Shown here: positions 44,266 through 53,902 of the stretch, piece after piece
How the letters are laid out: each line of letters opens with the position of its first letter
How positions within the stretch are numbered: the first letter of the stretch is position 1
NCBI GenBank assembly: GCA_963717135.1
Contig: CAVQVN010000005.1
Coordinates: forward strand, 126,779-190,778
DNA length: 64,000 nt
DNA from: an uncultured Actinomycetota bacterium
GTDB lineage: Bacteria; Actinomycetota; Acidimicrobiia; Spongiisociales; UBA4744
Direction: 5' to 3'
Notes under the pieces: generated by a model
Database searches by the model: none
Seen by the model: only the letters and a program-made list of their open reading frames with translations
What the model was told of the DNA's origin: nothing
Position numbers and translations under genes: made by a program

Positions 44266-44291
44266 GAAAGGGGCCCTGCGGGGCCCCTTTC
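44266..44291. terminator. perfect hairpin, 11-bp stem and 4-nt loop
   Basis: GAAAGGGGCCC-tgcg-GGGCCCCTTTC, 22 nt after the SBP stop and between convergent genes. Confidence 0.65.
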
Positions 44292-44294
44292 AAC

Positions 44295-44399
44295 GTGGAA
44301 GGTGGGAAGTTCGACGTGGGAAGTCCGTCGCCCGCAAGGTTCCTGGTTCGAAGGTTGACGCTCGAAGCTCGAAGCTCGTGGCTCGCAGCTCGCAGCTAC
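44295..44399. repeat. heptad-phased spacer, 15 units in one register
   Basis: GTGGAAG GTGGGAA GTTCGAC GTGGGAA GTCCGTC GCCCGCA AGGTTCC TGGTTCG AAGGTTG ACGCTCG AAGCTCG AAGCTCG TGGCTCG CAGCTCG CAGCTAC. The last unit contains the livF-like stop. Confidence 0.95.
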
Positions 44400-45130
44400 T
44401 TCGCCGCCAGTGTTCCCAGGTAGAGCTCAATCACCTTGGGGTCGTGGAGAAGTTCCCTTCCGGTGCCGGTATAGGCGTTCTGACCCTGATCGAGAACATA
44501 TCCTCGGTCCGAGATTTGCAGGCAACGCCGGGCGTTTTGTTCGACCATGATGATCGATACGCCCGTCTGTTTGATCTGGTGGATCCGATCGAACACCTCA
44601 TCCTGATTGGCAGGCGACAACCCTGCCGACGGTTCGTCGAGCAGCAACACGGACGGGTCCATCATCAGTGCTCGGCCCATGGCCACCATCTGTCGCTCGC
44701 CACCCGACATGGCCCCAACCCGCTGGTTCTTGCGCTCAGACAATCGTGGAAAGAGGTTGGCCACAAAATTGGCCCTCGGGCGGAACAGATCCGGGCGCAG
44801 GTAACAGCCCATCTGCAGGTTCTCTTCCACCGTCAACGACGGAAAAACGTTCTCGGTCTGAGGGACAAACCCGACTCCCTTTTGCACGAGTTCGTGGGCG
44901 GCCAGATTGGAGATTTCCTCACCTCGCAGCTTTATCGAACCCGATCGCAACTCCACCAGCCCGAAAATCGTCTTCAGCAAAGTCGATTTGCCTGCTCCAT
45001 TTGGTCCGATGATGCCGACCAGCTCCCCCTCAGCCAGCGTGAGGTGACTCCCCCGGACGATGTCAACGCCCGGCAGGTAACCCGATACCACGTCGCGGCT
45101 CTCCAGCAGAGGTTGTGGGTCAGAGCTCAT
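44396..45130 (-). CDS. ABC transporter ATP-binding protein (LivF-like)
   Basis: Walker A GPNGAGKST, signature MSGGERQMVAMGR. ATGA overlap with the upstream gene. Confidence 0.9.
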   Translation of the reverse strand: MSSDPQPLLESRDVVSGYLPGVDIVRGSHLTLAEGELVGIIGPNGAGKSTLLKTIFGLVELRSGSIKLRGEEISNLAAHELVQKGVGFVPQTENVFPSLTVEENLQMGCYLRPDLFRPRANFVANLFPRLSERKNQRVGAMSGGERQMVAMGRALMMDPSVLLLDEPSAGLSPANQDEVFDRIHQIKQTGVSIIMVEQNARRCLQISDRGYVLDQGQNAYTGTGRELLHDPKVIELYLGTLAAK

Positions 45131-46008
45131 TCGCCACCATCCTCTTCCGAGTGTTCGTCAATAGCGTCAGCGCCGGGATCCGGAACGGCGGCTTCCCCGT
45201 GATGGCGACCCAAATAGGCATCGATGACGGCCGGATTGGCGGCCACGTCGGCGGGACGGCCTTCGGCGATCACCTTGCCCTCACCCATTACCACGATCCA
45301 GTCGCTGATGTCCATGATGACGTCCATGTCGTGCTCGATGAAGACAACCGAAACTCCCTCGTCGCGGAGAGCCTTGATATGGACAAGCAGCGATTCGGTC
45401 AGGACCGGATTGACTCCGGCCATCGGCTCGTCCAGCATGATCAGCGAAGGCTCGACCATGAGGGCCCGGGCGAGTTCCAGCAGTTTTCGCTGCCCTCCCG
45501 AGAGGGTTCCCGCCAGGTCGTCTCGCATGTGCGACAGCGAGAATCGCTCCAGAAGAACGTCGGCGCGTGCCTCGATTTCCTTCTCCTGTTTCCGCCACTT
45601 CCACGGGAGCAGCGCTCCGATGGCCGATTCGCCGGACTGGCCGGTCGCTCCGAGTTTCATGTTCTCCATGACCGATAGTTTCATCAATGCCTTCGTCAGC
45701 TGGAAGGTCCGCACCATGCCCAATCTGGCCACCCGATAGGCAGAAACCCCGGCCAGATCGTGGCCTGAAAAAGCCCAGGTGCCACCGTTGGGGGTGTCGA
45801 ACCCGGTGAGGAGATTGAACAACGTAGTCTTGCCTGCTCCGTTCGGGCCGATCAGCCCGGTGATAGCGCCCCGTTGCACTTCGAGATGCTCGACATCAAC
45901 TGCCACCAACCCACCGAAGCGACGATTGACCCCGTCGGCCACCAACACCGGGTCGGGTTTTGGTGCACCGGGAACCGGTGATACGCCGGTAAACACGTCA
46001 GCGAGCAT
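45127..46008 (-). CDS. ABC transporter ATP-binding protein (LivG-like)
   Basis: Walker A GPNGAGKTT, signature LSGGQRKLLELAR. Confidence 0.9.
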   Translation of the reverse strand: MLADVFTGVSPVPGAPKPDPVLVADGVNRRFGGLVAVDVEHLEVQRGAITGLIGPNGAGKTTLFNLLTGFDTPNGGTWAFSGHDLAGVSAYRVARLGMVRTFQLTKALMKLSVMENMKLGATGQSGESAIGALLPWKWRKQEKEIEARADVLLERFSLSHMRDDLAGTLSGGQRKLLELARALMVEPSLIMLDEPMAGVNPVLTESLLVHIKALRDEGVSVVFIEHDMDVIMDISDWIVVMGEGKVIAEGRPADVAANPAVIDAYLGRHHGEAAVPDPGADAIDEHSEEDGGE

Positions 46009-46993
46009 CGATCAACGTCTCCTCCCGGCTTCCGAAGAGGCCCTGGGGGCGGAAGGTCATCAACAACATGAGCCCGAGTCCCACCAGTATCCAACGGACT
46101 GCAGCCACTTCCTGGGCAGACAGCAGCCAGTCGGGGATATAACCGACCGTGACCGCCTGTCGCAGGATTGCCTCCGTGAAAGACAGCAGGAACCAGAAAA
46201 GGATCGATCCCACTACCGGCCCCATCACCCGGCCGGGACCACCGAGAATGACCACCGCATAAGCCAGGAAGGTGAATAGCGGTTGGAACGAGTCGGGGTT
46301 GACCGACTGTGTCTGTACGGCAAAGAAGATACCGGCCAGCGAACCGATGGCCCCTCCGATCGCCAGGCTCTGCAGTTTGTACCCGAAGACGTTCTTCCCG
46401 AGTGCCCTGGCAGCGTCCTCGTCCTCTCGGATAGCTTTGAGTACTCGTCCCCACGGTGCTCGGGTCAGTGCCCAGACCAGCCAGACAGACAGCGCCACCA
46501 CCAGCCACCCGACGACGATGGCCCACAGCGTGTTGGCGTCCCAGGTGATCCGCCAGATCCCATAGGAACCGCGCGGAAACGGGTTGAGCGAGTAGAACTC
46601 ATCGGCGAATTTCTGGATACCGAACACACCCTGGGTGAGCGGCTCGAGGGCGCTCGACCGAACAAGAAGGCGGAGAATCTCGGCGGCGGCGATCGTCACG
46701 ATCGCCAGGTAGTCCTCACGCAGCCGCAGGGTCGGTAGCCCGTAGATGAGGCCTAGCAATACCGCGGCGGTAATACCGATCAGCACGCCCAGCCAGAGAG
46801 GCCCGCCCAGATTGACCGTGATCGCCGTGCCGTACCCCCCGACCAGCAAGGACCCGACGTGGCCGAAATTGAGGAGACCGGTGTAGCCAAACATCACGTT
46901 GAGACCAACGCCGGCCAGGGCAAACATCACGGCGGAGGTGCCCAACGCAGAGCGCAATGCATCAACGAGTGCGCGGACGACATCGAAGTCCAC
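45998..46993 (-). CDS. ABC transporter permease (LivM-like)
   Basis: Start set at GTG 46993, giving a 1-nt overlap with the livH-like stop (TAGTG). The track ORF extends to 47098 over the upstream gene. Confidence 0.8.
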   Translation of the reverse strand: MDFDVVRALVDALRSALGTSAVMFALAGVGLNVMFGYTGLLNFGHVGSLLVGGYGTAITVNLGGPLWLGVLIGITAAVLLGLIYGLPTLRLREDYLAIVTIAAAEILRLLVRSSALEPLTQGVFGIQKFADEFYSLNPFPRGSYGIWRITWDANTLWAIVVGWLVVALSVWLVWALTRAPWGRVLKAIREDEDAARALGKNVFGYKLQSLAIGGAIGSLAGIFFAVQTQSVNPDSFQPLFTFLAYAVVILGGPGRVMGPVVGSILFWFLLSFTEAILRQAVTVGYIPDWLLSAQEVAAVRWILVGLGLMLLMTFRPQGLFGSREETLIDAR

Positions 46994-48111
46994 TAACCGA
47001 CCCTCTCTTTCTTTCCGAGAATGCCCTGGGGTCGCACCAGCAGCACGATGATGAGGATTCCGAAGGCGATCACCAGCTTGAACTCCGTCGAGAGCCACAG
47101 GCTGGAGACCTGCGTCACTACGCCGATCAGGACTCCCCCGACCATCGCCCCAAAGGCAGTACCCAAACCGCCCAGGATGACGGCGGCAAACATCAGCAGC
47201 AGCAACTTGAAGCCCAGATCCCAGGAGACACCGGCAAATCCGATCCCCTGAAAGACGCCTCCGAGCGCCGCCAGGGCGGCCCCTCCCACCCAGGTGGCGA
47301 GGATCACTTTGCGAACATCGATACCAGAAGCTTCTGCCAGATCCCTGTTGTCGGCAACCGCCCGCATCGCCGTGCCCAACTTCGTCTTCATGAGGAGCAG
47401 ACCGACGAGAGCCAGGACGAGCGCCGAGATGACAATGATGGCCAGCTTCACATCGGTGATCGAAACCGGTCCGTAGTTCTTGGCAACCTGCGTTGCGTAG
47501 TCGCGGTACTTCTGGGTCTGGCTGCCGTACCAGATGAGAATCACATGCCGTACCACCAGAGACAAGCCGATGGTCGTGACGATCAGGGAGATATTCGGCA
47601 CCTTGCGCCTCCGAAGCGGGCCGAAGACACCCTTCTCCAGTCCGGCACCGAGTAACCCACCGGCGATTACGGCAATCAAGGCTGCGACGGCCAGGGTCAC
47701 CTGAAAGCCCCAGTTGCCGGCATTGAAGAACCAGGCCACCACCGCCCCGAAGGTCACCAATTCTCCGTGGGCAAAATTGACCAATCCGGTCACACCAAAG
47801 ATCAGCGAGAGCCCCACGGAGGTGAGGGAAATGATCAGTCCCACGACCAGACCGTCTACGACCACATTCAGGAATCGTTCTCCAAGATTACGCCCGGACT
47901 GGGCAACGAGAGAGCTGCCACCGAGGGGTCCGGTGGCACCAAATGCTTGATCACTCACGACCGCCACCACGATGACTGCGAGCAACAGCGTCACCATTCG
48001 AGGCAAGGTGAGCCGTCGTCTTCCGACAGTCTGTTCATGATCAGGTTCTTGGGCGCGACGCCGAGCCAGAAGCTTGCTTCCTGGTTTCTCGACCACTTCG
48101 CCTCCTCCCAA
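46993..48111 (-). CDS. ABC transporter permease (LivH-like) with N-terminal extension
   Basis: LivH-like core (FLNVVVDGLVVGLIISLTSVGLSLIFGVTG...) preceded by an extra TM segment. The start is uncertain. Confidence 0.8.
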   Translation of the reverse strand: MGGGEVVEKPGSKLLARRRAQEPDHEQTVGRRRLTLPRMVTLLLAVIVVAVVSDQAFGATGPLGGSSLVAQSGRNLGERFLNVVVDGLVVGLIISLTSVGLSLIFGVTGLVNFAHGELVTFGAVVAWFFNAGNWGFQVTLAVAALIAVIAGGLLGAGLEKGVFGPLRRRKVPNISLIVTTIGLSLVVRHVILIWYGSQTQKYRDYATQVAKNYGPVSITDVKLAIIVISALVLALVGLLLMKTKLGTAMRAVADNRDLAEASGIDVRKVILATWVGGAALAALGGVFQGIGFAGVSWDLGFKLLLLMFAAVILGGLGTAFGAMVGGVLIGVVTQVSSLWLSTEFKLVIAFGILIIVLLVRPQGILGKKERVG

Positions 48112-48148
48112 GAGGTCACGACAGGTTAGGCAGATGCCGACCGGTGGT

Positions 48149-49387
48149 CTACTCGCCTGTCGGATCTGGCTCCGGATGGTCTTCCGGTTCGACTCCGTTC
48201 CCTGTTTCGGTAGCGATCGTCACTGTGGCATCCCCCGCCCGGCGCAAGCGGCCGACCAGGCTTTCGGGAGGTTCGTACTTGGTGATCATCGCTTCGGCGG
48301 CCTCATCCCAGGACTCCCCCAACACCCTGGTACGCCAAACATGACCGACGAGAACCTTCAGTGCAGCGGCGACCGGAACCGCAATCAAGAGCCCGAAGAA
48401 CCCGCCGATTGATCCACCCAGGAGCAAGGCGAGCAGGATGAAGACCGGATTCAGTTGGACCCGCGATTTGAGGACGTTGGGGCTGATCACGTGATTGTCG
48501 AACTGCTGAACCGCCGTGAACATGACCACCGACCAAAGTGCAGTGCCGACATCACGAAACACCAGCGACACTATGGCAGCAAGAAGACCGCCGGCGAACG
48601 GACCGATGAAAGGTATCACGTTGAGAAAACCGGCGATCAGCCCTATCAACAACCAGAAGGGAACCCCCAACAGGGCGAGCCCGAGACTGGAAAGCACTCC
48701 AACAATGAGCGCCACCAGCAACTGGCCCCGTACGAACCCGCCCACGACCCTGGCCACTTGCGAAACCACGTGGATGACCTCCGGGCGGGCCGGGTCGGGC
48801 AGCAGGCGCTGAGCCCGCTCCTTGAATCCCGGCAGGTCGACCAGGATGTAGAAGGCAAGTACCGGGCCGAGGGCCAAAATGATCAAGACATCGAGACCTG
48901 TACGCGCAAAGGTCCCCAGCTGACCGAGCATCTGCTGGATGCGTTCCTGATCGAAGAAGTCGACCAGCCACTCTTGCAACGTATCGAGGGCTGAGCCCAC
49001 CCCAACCGAGAGCCCCAGCCTTTCGCCGAGGTCGACCAGGAACACTCCAATATCATCGATCAATTGGGGAATGCGGTCGGAGAATTCGGCCAGCTGGTCG
49101 CCGATGATCGGAACCACGAGAAATCCGAAGAGTACGCCAATCCCAATGAACAGCAGGTAGGAAACGAACGAACCGAGCAGACGGTGGATCCGCCACTTCT
49201 GCATCCGATCGACCAGCGGACTCATCAGATACACGACGGCGCCGGCCAGCACCAACGGCGGCCAGAGAATCCGCACGGAATACAAGGCCCACACGATTCC
49301 GACCAGAACCACAAAGATTCCAACGATGCTCCAAGATGTGATTCCGAGCCGGCGAATCCGCTCGTAGAAGGTGGATGGATCGTTCAT
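48149..49387 (-). CDS. AI-2E family transporter (PerM/UPF0118)
   Basis: 412 aa polytopic protein. FLNVIPFIGPFAGGLLA is characteristic. Confidence 0.8.
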   Translation of the reverse strand: MNDPSTFYERIRRLGITSWSIVGIFVVLVGIVWALYSVRILWPPLVLAGAVVYLMSPLVDRMQKWRIHRLLGSFVSYLLFIGIGVLFGFLVVPIIGDQLAEFSDRIPQLIDDIGVFLVDLGERLGLSVGVGSALDTLQEWLVDFFDQERIQQMLGQLGTFARTGLDVLIILALGPVLAFYILVDLPGFKERAQRLLPDPARPEVIHVVSQVARVVGGFVRGQLLVALIVGVLSSLGLALLGVPFWLLIGLIAGFLNVIPFIGPFAGGLLAAIVSLVFRDVGTALWSVVMFTAVQQFDNHVISPNVLKSRVQLNPVFILLALLLGGSIGGFFGLLIAVPVAAALKVLVGHVWRTRVLGESWDEAAEAMITKYEPPESLVGRLRRAGDATVTIATETGNGVEPEDHPEPDPTGE

Positions 49388-49414
49388 GGACTGGCGTGGA
49401 GTGTAAACGGAAAG

Positions 49415-49519
49415 TCACCAGTTCCCAGTTGCCAGTCGTCAGCGCACGTGTGCGCTATAAGCATGAAGCCCTCGTGCCAACTGGTCACTGGTCACTGGTC
49501 ACTGGCCACTGGTCACGAC
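49415..49519. repeat. heptad-phased spacer, 15 units, inverted CCAG/CTGG arrays around a 16-bp palindrome
   Basis: TCACCAG TTCCCAG TTGCCAG TCGTCAG CGCACGT GTGCGCT ATAAGCA TGAAGCC CTCGTGC CAACTGG TCACTGG TCACTGG TCACTGG CCACTGG TCACGAC. The palindrome AGCGCACGTGTGCGCT is at 49441-49456. The array runs over the stop at 49499. Confidence 0.95.
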
Positions 49520-50398
49520 AACTTCGGCGCCCTCGGCCACCGTGATGATCAAAGACGGGCCACCGAACGGGCTCTGATGTCCATCCCCGGTCTCCACCCA
49601 TCCCCCGGGCACAGTTGCGACTCCGATGACCTCCGCGCCCGTTTCCGCCGGCACGTCGACCCGATACTGCCCCTCGACATTGATGACCACATCGACTTCA
49701 CCCGGAGACGGCACAGCCACCGACCCGGCACCACTCAACGACAGGGACCTCAATCGCAGTCCGGTCAGATCGGCCTGGAGGTCCGGGGAGCCGACGGTCA
49801 GCGACCAAGTCGGTCCGGCACCCAACAAAAGGTCCCAACCAGACGTCTGGAACCACTGCCCCCCCTCCGTTTCGCGCAAAACCACGAAAAACGGCCCATC
49901 CTCGAAGGTGCTTTCGAGGGCCTCGGGAACGCCCGTTGATCCCCCTCTACGGTCGATCTCTACCGCATAGAGGTCGCCCTCCCCCGCCGCTATCGACAGG
50001 CGTCCGCCGAGTTCCAGAACCAACTCAGCATCTTCGATACCGGCGGCCCGCGGGCCGACGACGTCGGCCGAGGCCGAGGGAAGTCGCTCCCACCCGGTGA
50101 GGTGAAGCACCACACTCGCGCCGAGCATCGTCACGAGGAGAAGCGGTAGCACGGCGGATACCCTCGCCGGGCCCCGTTTGCGAAGTGGAAGCAAGGCAGC
50201 CGCGACAAAAAAGGCTCCAACGGCGAGGGGCCACAACGACACAACATCGAGCACCACCGACGGAGCCAGCATGCCACCGACCACGCCGGCGGCTATCGAC
50301 ACGATGGCAACCGCCACCATCAACCACGCCCACAGCGTCCATGCGCTGGCGGGCCTGCGTTTGACCGTATCAGCGGTATGGGTTGTTTCGGTACTCAC
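49499..50398 (-). CDS. hypothetical membrane protein with beta-rich C-terminal domain (LiaF/DUF4097-like?)
   Basis: Three to four N-terminal TM helices, then a repetitive beta-strand-like region. GTG start overlaps the upstream stop (GTGA). Confidence 0.5.
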   Translation of the reverse strand: MSTETTHTADTVKRRPASAWTLWAWLMVAVAIVSIAAGVVGGMLAPSVVLDVVSLWPLAVGAFFVAAALLPLRKRGPARVSAVLPLLLVTMLGASVVLHLTGWERLPSASADVVGPRAAGIEDAELVLELGGRLSIAAGEGDLYAVEIDRRGGSTGVPEALESTFEDGPFFVVLRETEGGQWFQTSGWDLLLGAGPTWSLTVGSPDLQADLTGLRLRSLSLSGAGSVAVPSPGEVDVVINVEGQYRVDVPAETGAEVIGVATVPGGWVETGDGHQSPFGGPSLIITVAEGAEVVVTSGQ

Positions 50399-50967
50399 CC
50401 TCCGTATGATGCCCCAATCACGATGATGATGTCGGCCTGGGCGACTCCCTGGAACAGCTCGACGATGGCGTCGGGTGAAACGTATCTAGCAATCACGGCT
50501 CCCTCGGTCTCGAACCCGGCGGCGTACCAGACCCGAGACACCGAGAACGGCGTCGACCAGTTATCCGGCTCCAGCGTCTGATAACCGGCATCTTCCAGGG
50601 TGTCCGTCAGATCGGCAGCGATGCCCCCGCGGGTGGTTGAGTTCAGCACCAGAACAGTGATCTCCGACGGATCACGACCGCCCAGCGTTGTAGTGGTCGC
50701 CTGGGTAGTAGTCGTGGCCACCGTCGTGGTCGTTTCTGGGGAAACCGTCGTTATTACAGGTTGGGTCGTGGCGGTGGTGGTCGTCGAGGTGCCGCTGGTG
50801 GCTTGGGCTGTGGTGGTCGTAACGTCGCTGTCGTCGGCCGAGAAGACTGCCTGGAACAAGAGCACCGCGCCAAAAACGATGGCGCCCCAGAAGACCACCT
50901 TCAGCGTGAAGATCCCCAGTTCCCGAAAGAATCCGCCGTAGCCGGGAGCAGCATGTCGACCGGCCAT
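50395..50967 (-). CDS. LytR_C domain-containing membrane protein
   Basis: One TM helix, a Thr-rich linker, then ITVLVLNSTTRGGIAADLTDTLEDAGYQ...VWYAAGFETEGAVIA. Confidence 0.75.
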   Translation of the reverse strand: MAGRHAAPGYGGFFRELGIFTLKVVFWGAIVFGAVLLFQAVFSADDSDVTTTTAQATSGTSTTTTATTQPVITTVSPETTTTVATTTTQATTTTLGGRDPSEITVLVLNSTTRGGIAADLTDTLEDAGYQTLEPDNWSTPFSVSRVWYAAGFETEGAVIARYVSPDAIVELFQGVAQADIIIVIGASYGG

Positions 50968-51233
50968 CAGCCGTCCGCCGGGTCCATACCGTCGGCTACC
51001 ACGCGGGGCGCGGCGCGGCGCGAGTTTCGAGCAGAACGGACCCGCAACAACCTCCGGACGGTGAGCGGATCGTAAGCCATGGCTTCGGAGTCATCGAGGA
51101 GGTCGCGGAGAATCTGGTAATACCTACCGGCGCTCATGCCGAGGTGTTCCTGAACGGCTCGATCTTTCGGGCCGGGGACCAGCCACCATGAGCGTTCAAA
51201 ATCCAGCACAGCTTTTTGGCGTTTCGATAACAT
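50967..51233 (-). CDS. DUF3263 domain protein
   Basis: Start at ATG 51233 (GGAGGG upstream). LSKRQKAVLDFERSWWLVPGPKDRAVQEHLGMSAGRYYQILRDLLD. Confidence 0.75.
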   Translation of the reverse strand: MLSKRQKAVLDFERSWWLVPGPKDRAVQEHLGMSAGRYYQILRDLLDDSEAMAYDPLTVRRLLRVRSARNSRRAAPRVVADGMDPADG

Positions 51234-51436
51234 GTGACCCTCCGAAGGGGCCAGGGTATTCGCGAACAGGCCGAAGAACGGGTATTTGCGAGCTGCTGAA
51301 ATGATCAACCCACGGCCTGCGGATCAACCACGGCCCGTTGGTTACGACTCCCGGAACCGTTTGCCGGCCAGGAGCGTTGGCGTTTCCCTCCGCGTTTCTA
51401 CACGGCTGAAGCTCTATATCCGGCCCGATCGGTCCG

Positions 51437-53902
51437 TCACATCCAAACCCGCTCACCGCGCGGATCGTACATGGGTCGGAGCGACGCCCGGGCGGGGATC
51501 AGGTCACCGGCCACCTGGACCTCGTAGCTGCCTTCTCGAATGTACTCGCCGGTTACCCCGCCCTCGTACTCGACGTAGCCGAATCCCATGGCCCCGCCCA
51601 AGGTGTGGCCGTAGTTGCCCGATCGAAGATACCCCACTCTTTCTCCATCTCGGAAAACCGGCTCCTCACCGAACAGGAGAGGCACCGGGTCGCCGAGGAG
51701 AAACTGGACAAGCCGCCGTTGTAGTGGTCCTGCCTCTCGGTCGGCCATGAGGGCGTCACGTCCAACGAATCCTCCCGGTTTATCCAGCTCGACTGCGAAC
51801 CCGAGACCGGCCTCCAGCGGAGAGTCGGTGTTCTCCATGTCCAGCCCGTAGTCCTTGCGTCCGGCTTCGGTCCGGGTGCTTTCCAACGTGACCATGCCGG
51901 CGTGGGCAAGATCGAAATCTTCGCCCTCTCGCTTCAACGCGTCGTACACGCCCAGGGCGAACTCGCTCGGGACATACAGCTCCCATCCCAGTTCACCGAC
52001 GAAGCTCATCCGGAAGGCCCACCCGAGGGCGTACTCCAGATCGATTTGCTGGGCAGTGAAATATGGGAAAGCTTCGTTGGAGAGGTCGGCGTCTGTGATT
52101 CTCGAGAGCAGAGCCCGCGACTTCGGACCCTGAAGGCTCAGAAGGGCGATGCCCGATGTGACATCGTTGATCCACATGCGGTCGTCGGGTTGTATTGCCC
52201 GACGCATCATCGTCTCCACCCGCCGGTGGAAGCCCTCGGCGGCCACCACCATGAACCTTTCCTCGGCGAGTCGGGTGACGGTCAGATCGGCGAGGACTTT
52301 GCCTGCGCGGTTCAGCCACTGCGTGTAGACGCACCGGCCCGGTTCAACCGCGACGTTGTTGCCGCTCAGCCGATTGAGGATGCGCTCGGCATCGGGACCT
52401 TCCACGAGGAAATTCGACATCGAGGACATGTCGTAGAGCGCCACGCCGTTGCGGGTGGCGTAGTGCTCGCCCTCGTGGTATTCCCACCATCCTGGCCGCC
52501 GGTACGTAGCGACGTAGGGGATGTCGGTTCCGGGTGGGGCGAACCACTCTGTGTTCTCCCAGCCAGACGACTCGCCGAAGTGCGCCCCGGCCGCCACGAG
52601 ACGGTCGTGCAGGACCGATCGGCGGGCGTTGCGAGCGCGAGCCGGCTGCGAATGTGGCCACGACCCGGTCGAATGCAGCCGCCCGAGCAACTCGACGGTT
52701 CGCTCCGAGCGAAAACGCCGGGTGGTTTGGAAAGGGTGAATGCGAGCAATGTCCACCTCGGTGACGTCGACCGGTGGGAGCCCCTCGGCGATCCAATGCG
52801 CGATGATCTTGCCGGCCCCGCCCCCGAGGAGGATCCCCAGCGAGTTGTACCCGGCGGCCACCCAGAAGTTCTCCACCTCGGGGGCCGGGCCCATCAGCGA
52901 CCCGTTGTCCGCGGTGAAGCTCTCCGGCCCGGTGAACAGCTTGCGGATCCCCACCTCTTGGAGGATCGGGAGCGGTTCCATCGCTCGCTGCAGGAACGGC
53001 CCGAGCCGATCCCAGTCGCTGGGGATCTCGCCGAAGCTGAAGTCGTCCGGAACGGCATCGATGCTCCACGGCGCGGCAAGCGGCTCGAACAGCCCCACCA
53101 TCAACCCACCCGTCTCCTCGCGGTAGTACGCGAAGCGATCTGGATCCTCGAGAATCGGCATGTCTCGAGAGACGGAGTCGACCTGATCCGAAATCAAGTA
53201 GGCGTGTTCGGCAGCCTGCAGAGGCACTGCCACCCCGGCCATCGCTCCGATCTGTCGAGCCCAGATACCGCCACAGTTGACCACGTGGTCGCATTCGATG
53301 TCACCCCGGGAAGTTCGAACGCCGGTCACACGGCCGTCCTCGAGGTTGAATCCGGTCACAGCCGTGTCCTCGACGATTCGGGCCCCACCCATCCGTGCGC
53401 CTTTGGCAAGCGACATGGCGCAATTGGCCGGGTCGGCCTTCCCCTCGTTGGCGGTATAGAACCCGGCGATCACGTCGCTGGTGTCGAGCATGGGCCACAT
53501 GCCTTTGACTTCCGCCGCCGAGATTTCTTGCCGTTCGATGCCCATCCCTCGCAGAAAGTCGGCTTCCCGGCGGAGCTTGTCGATTCGGTCGGGCGACGAA
53601 CCCGTTTGGATATAACCAACCGGGCGGAACCCGGTAGACAGTTCGGTCTCCTCCTCCAACCTCTCAAAGAGATCGCGCGTGTAGCGCGCCATCCAGGCCG
53701 AGGTCTCGGTGGTCATGCCACCCGAGACGATCAGGCCCGCCGCATGCCAGGTTGTGCCGGAGGTGAGCTTGCTTCGCTCCAACAAGACCACGTCGGTCCA
53801 ACCAAGTTTGGTGAGGTGGTAGGCCACGCTGCAGCCGATCACTCCCCCTCCGACGATCACCACTTGCGCCCGGTCGGGGAACTGTTTCGCTCGGTTCGTC
53901 AT
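51437..53902 (-). CDS. dimethylglycine/sarcosine-dehydrogenase-like protein (FAD oxidoreductase fused to a GcvT aminomethyltransferase domain)
   Basis: 821 aa. N-terminus VVIVGGGVIGCSVAYHL with a DAO fold; the C-terminal half is GcvT-like folate-binding. Confidence 0.85.
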   Translation of the reverse strand: MTNRAKQFPDRAQVVIVGGGVIGCSVAYHLTKLGWTDVVLLERSKLTSGTTWHAAGLIVSGGMTTETSAWMARYTRDLFERLEEETELSTGFRPVGYIQTGSSPDRIDKLRREADFLRGMGIERQEISAAEVKGMWPMLDTSDVIAGFYTANEGKADPANCAMSLAKGARMGGARIVEDTAVTGFNLEDGRVTGVRTSRGDIECDHVVNCGGIWARQIGAMAGVAVPLQAAEHAYLISDQVDSVSRDMPILEDPDRFAYYREETGGLMVGLFEPLAAPWSIDAVPDDFSFGEIPSDWDRLGPFLQRAMEPLPILQEVGIRKLFTGPESFTADNGSLMGPAPEVENFWVAAGYNSLGILLGGGAGKIIAHWIAEGLPPVDVTEVDIARIHPFQTTRRFRSERTVELLGRLHSTGSWPHSQPARARNARRSVLHDRLVAAGAHFGESSGWENTEWFAPPGTDIPYVATYRRPGWWEYHEGEHYATRNGVALYDMSSMSNFLVEGPDAERILNRLSGNNVAVEPGRCVYTQWLNRAGKVLADLTVTRLAEERFMVVAAEGFHRRVETMMRRAIQPDDRMWINDVTSGIALLSLQGPKSRALLSRITDADLSNEAFPYFTAQQIDLEYALGWAFRMSFVGELGWELYVPSEFALGVYDALKREGEDFDLAHAGMVTLESTRTEAGRKDYGLDMENTDSPLEAGLGFAVELDKPGGFVGRDALMADREAGPLQRRLVQFLLGDPVPLLFGEEPVFRDGERVGYLRSGNYGHTLGGAMGFGYVEYEGGVTGEYIREGSYEVQVAGDLIPARASLRPMYDPRGERVWM

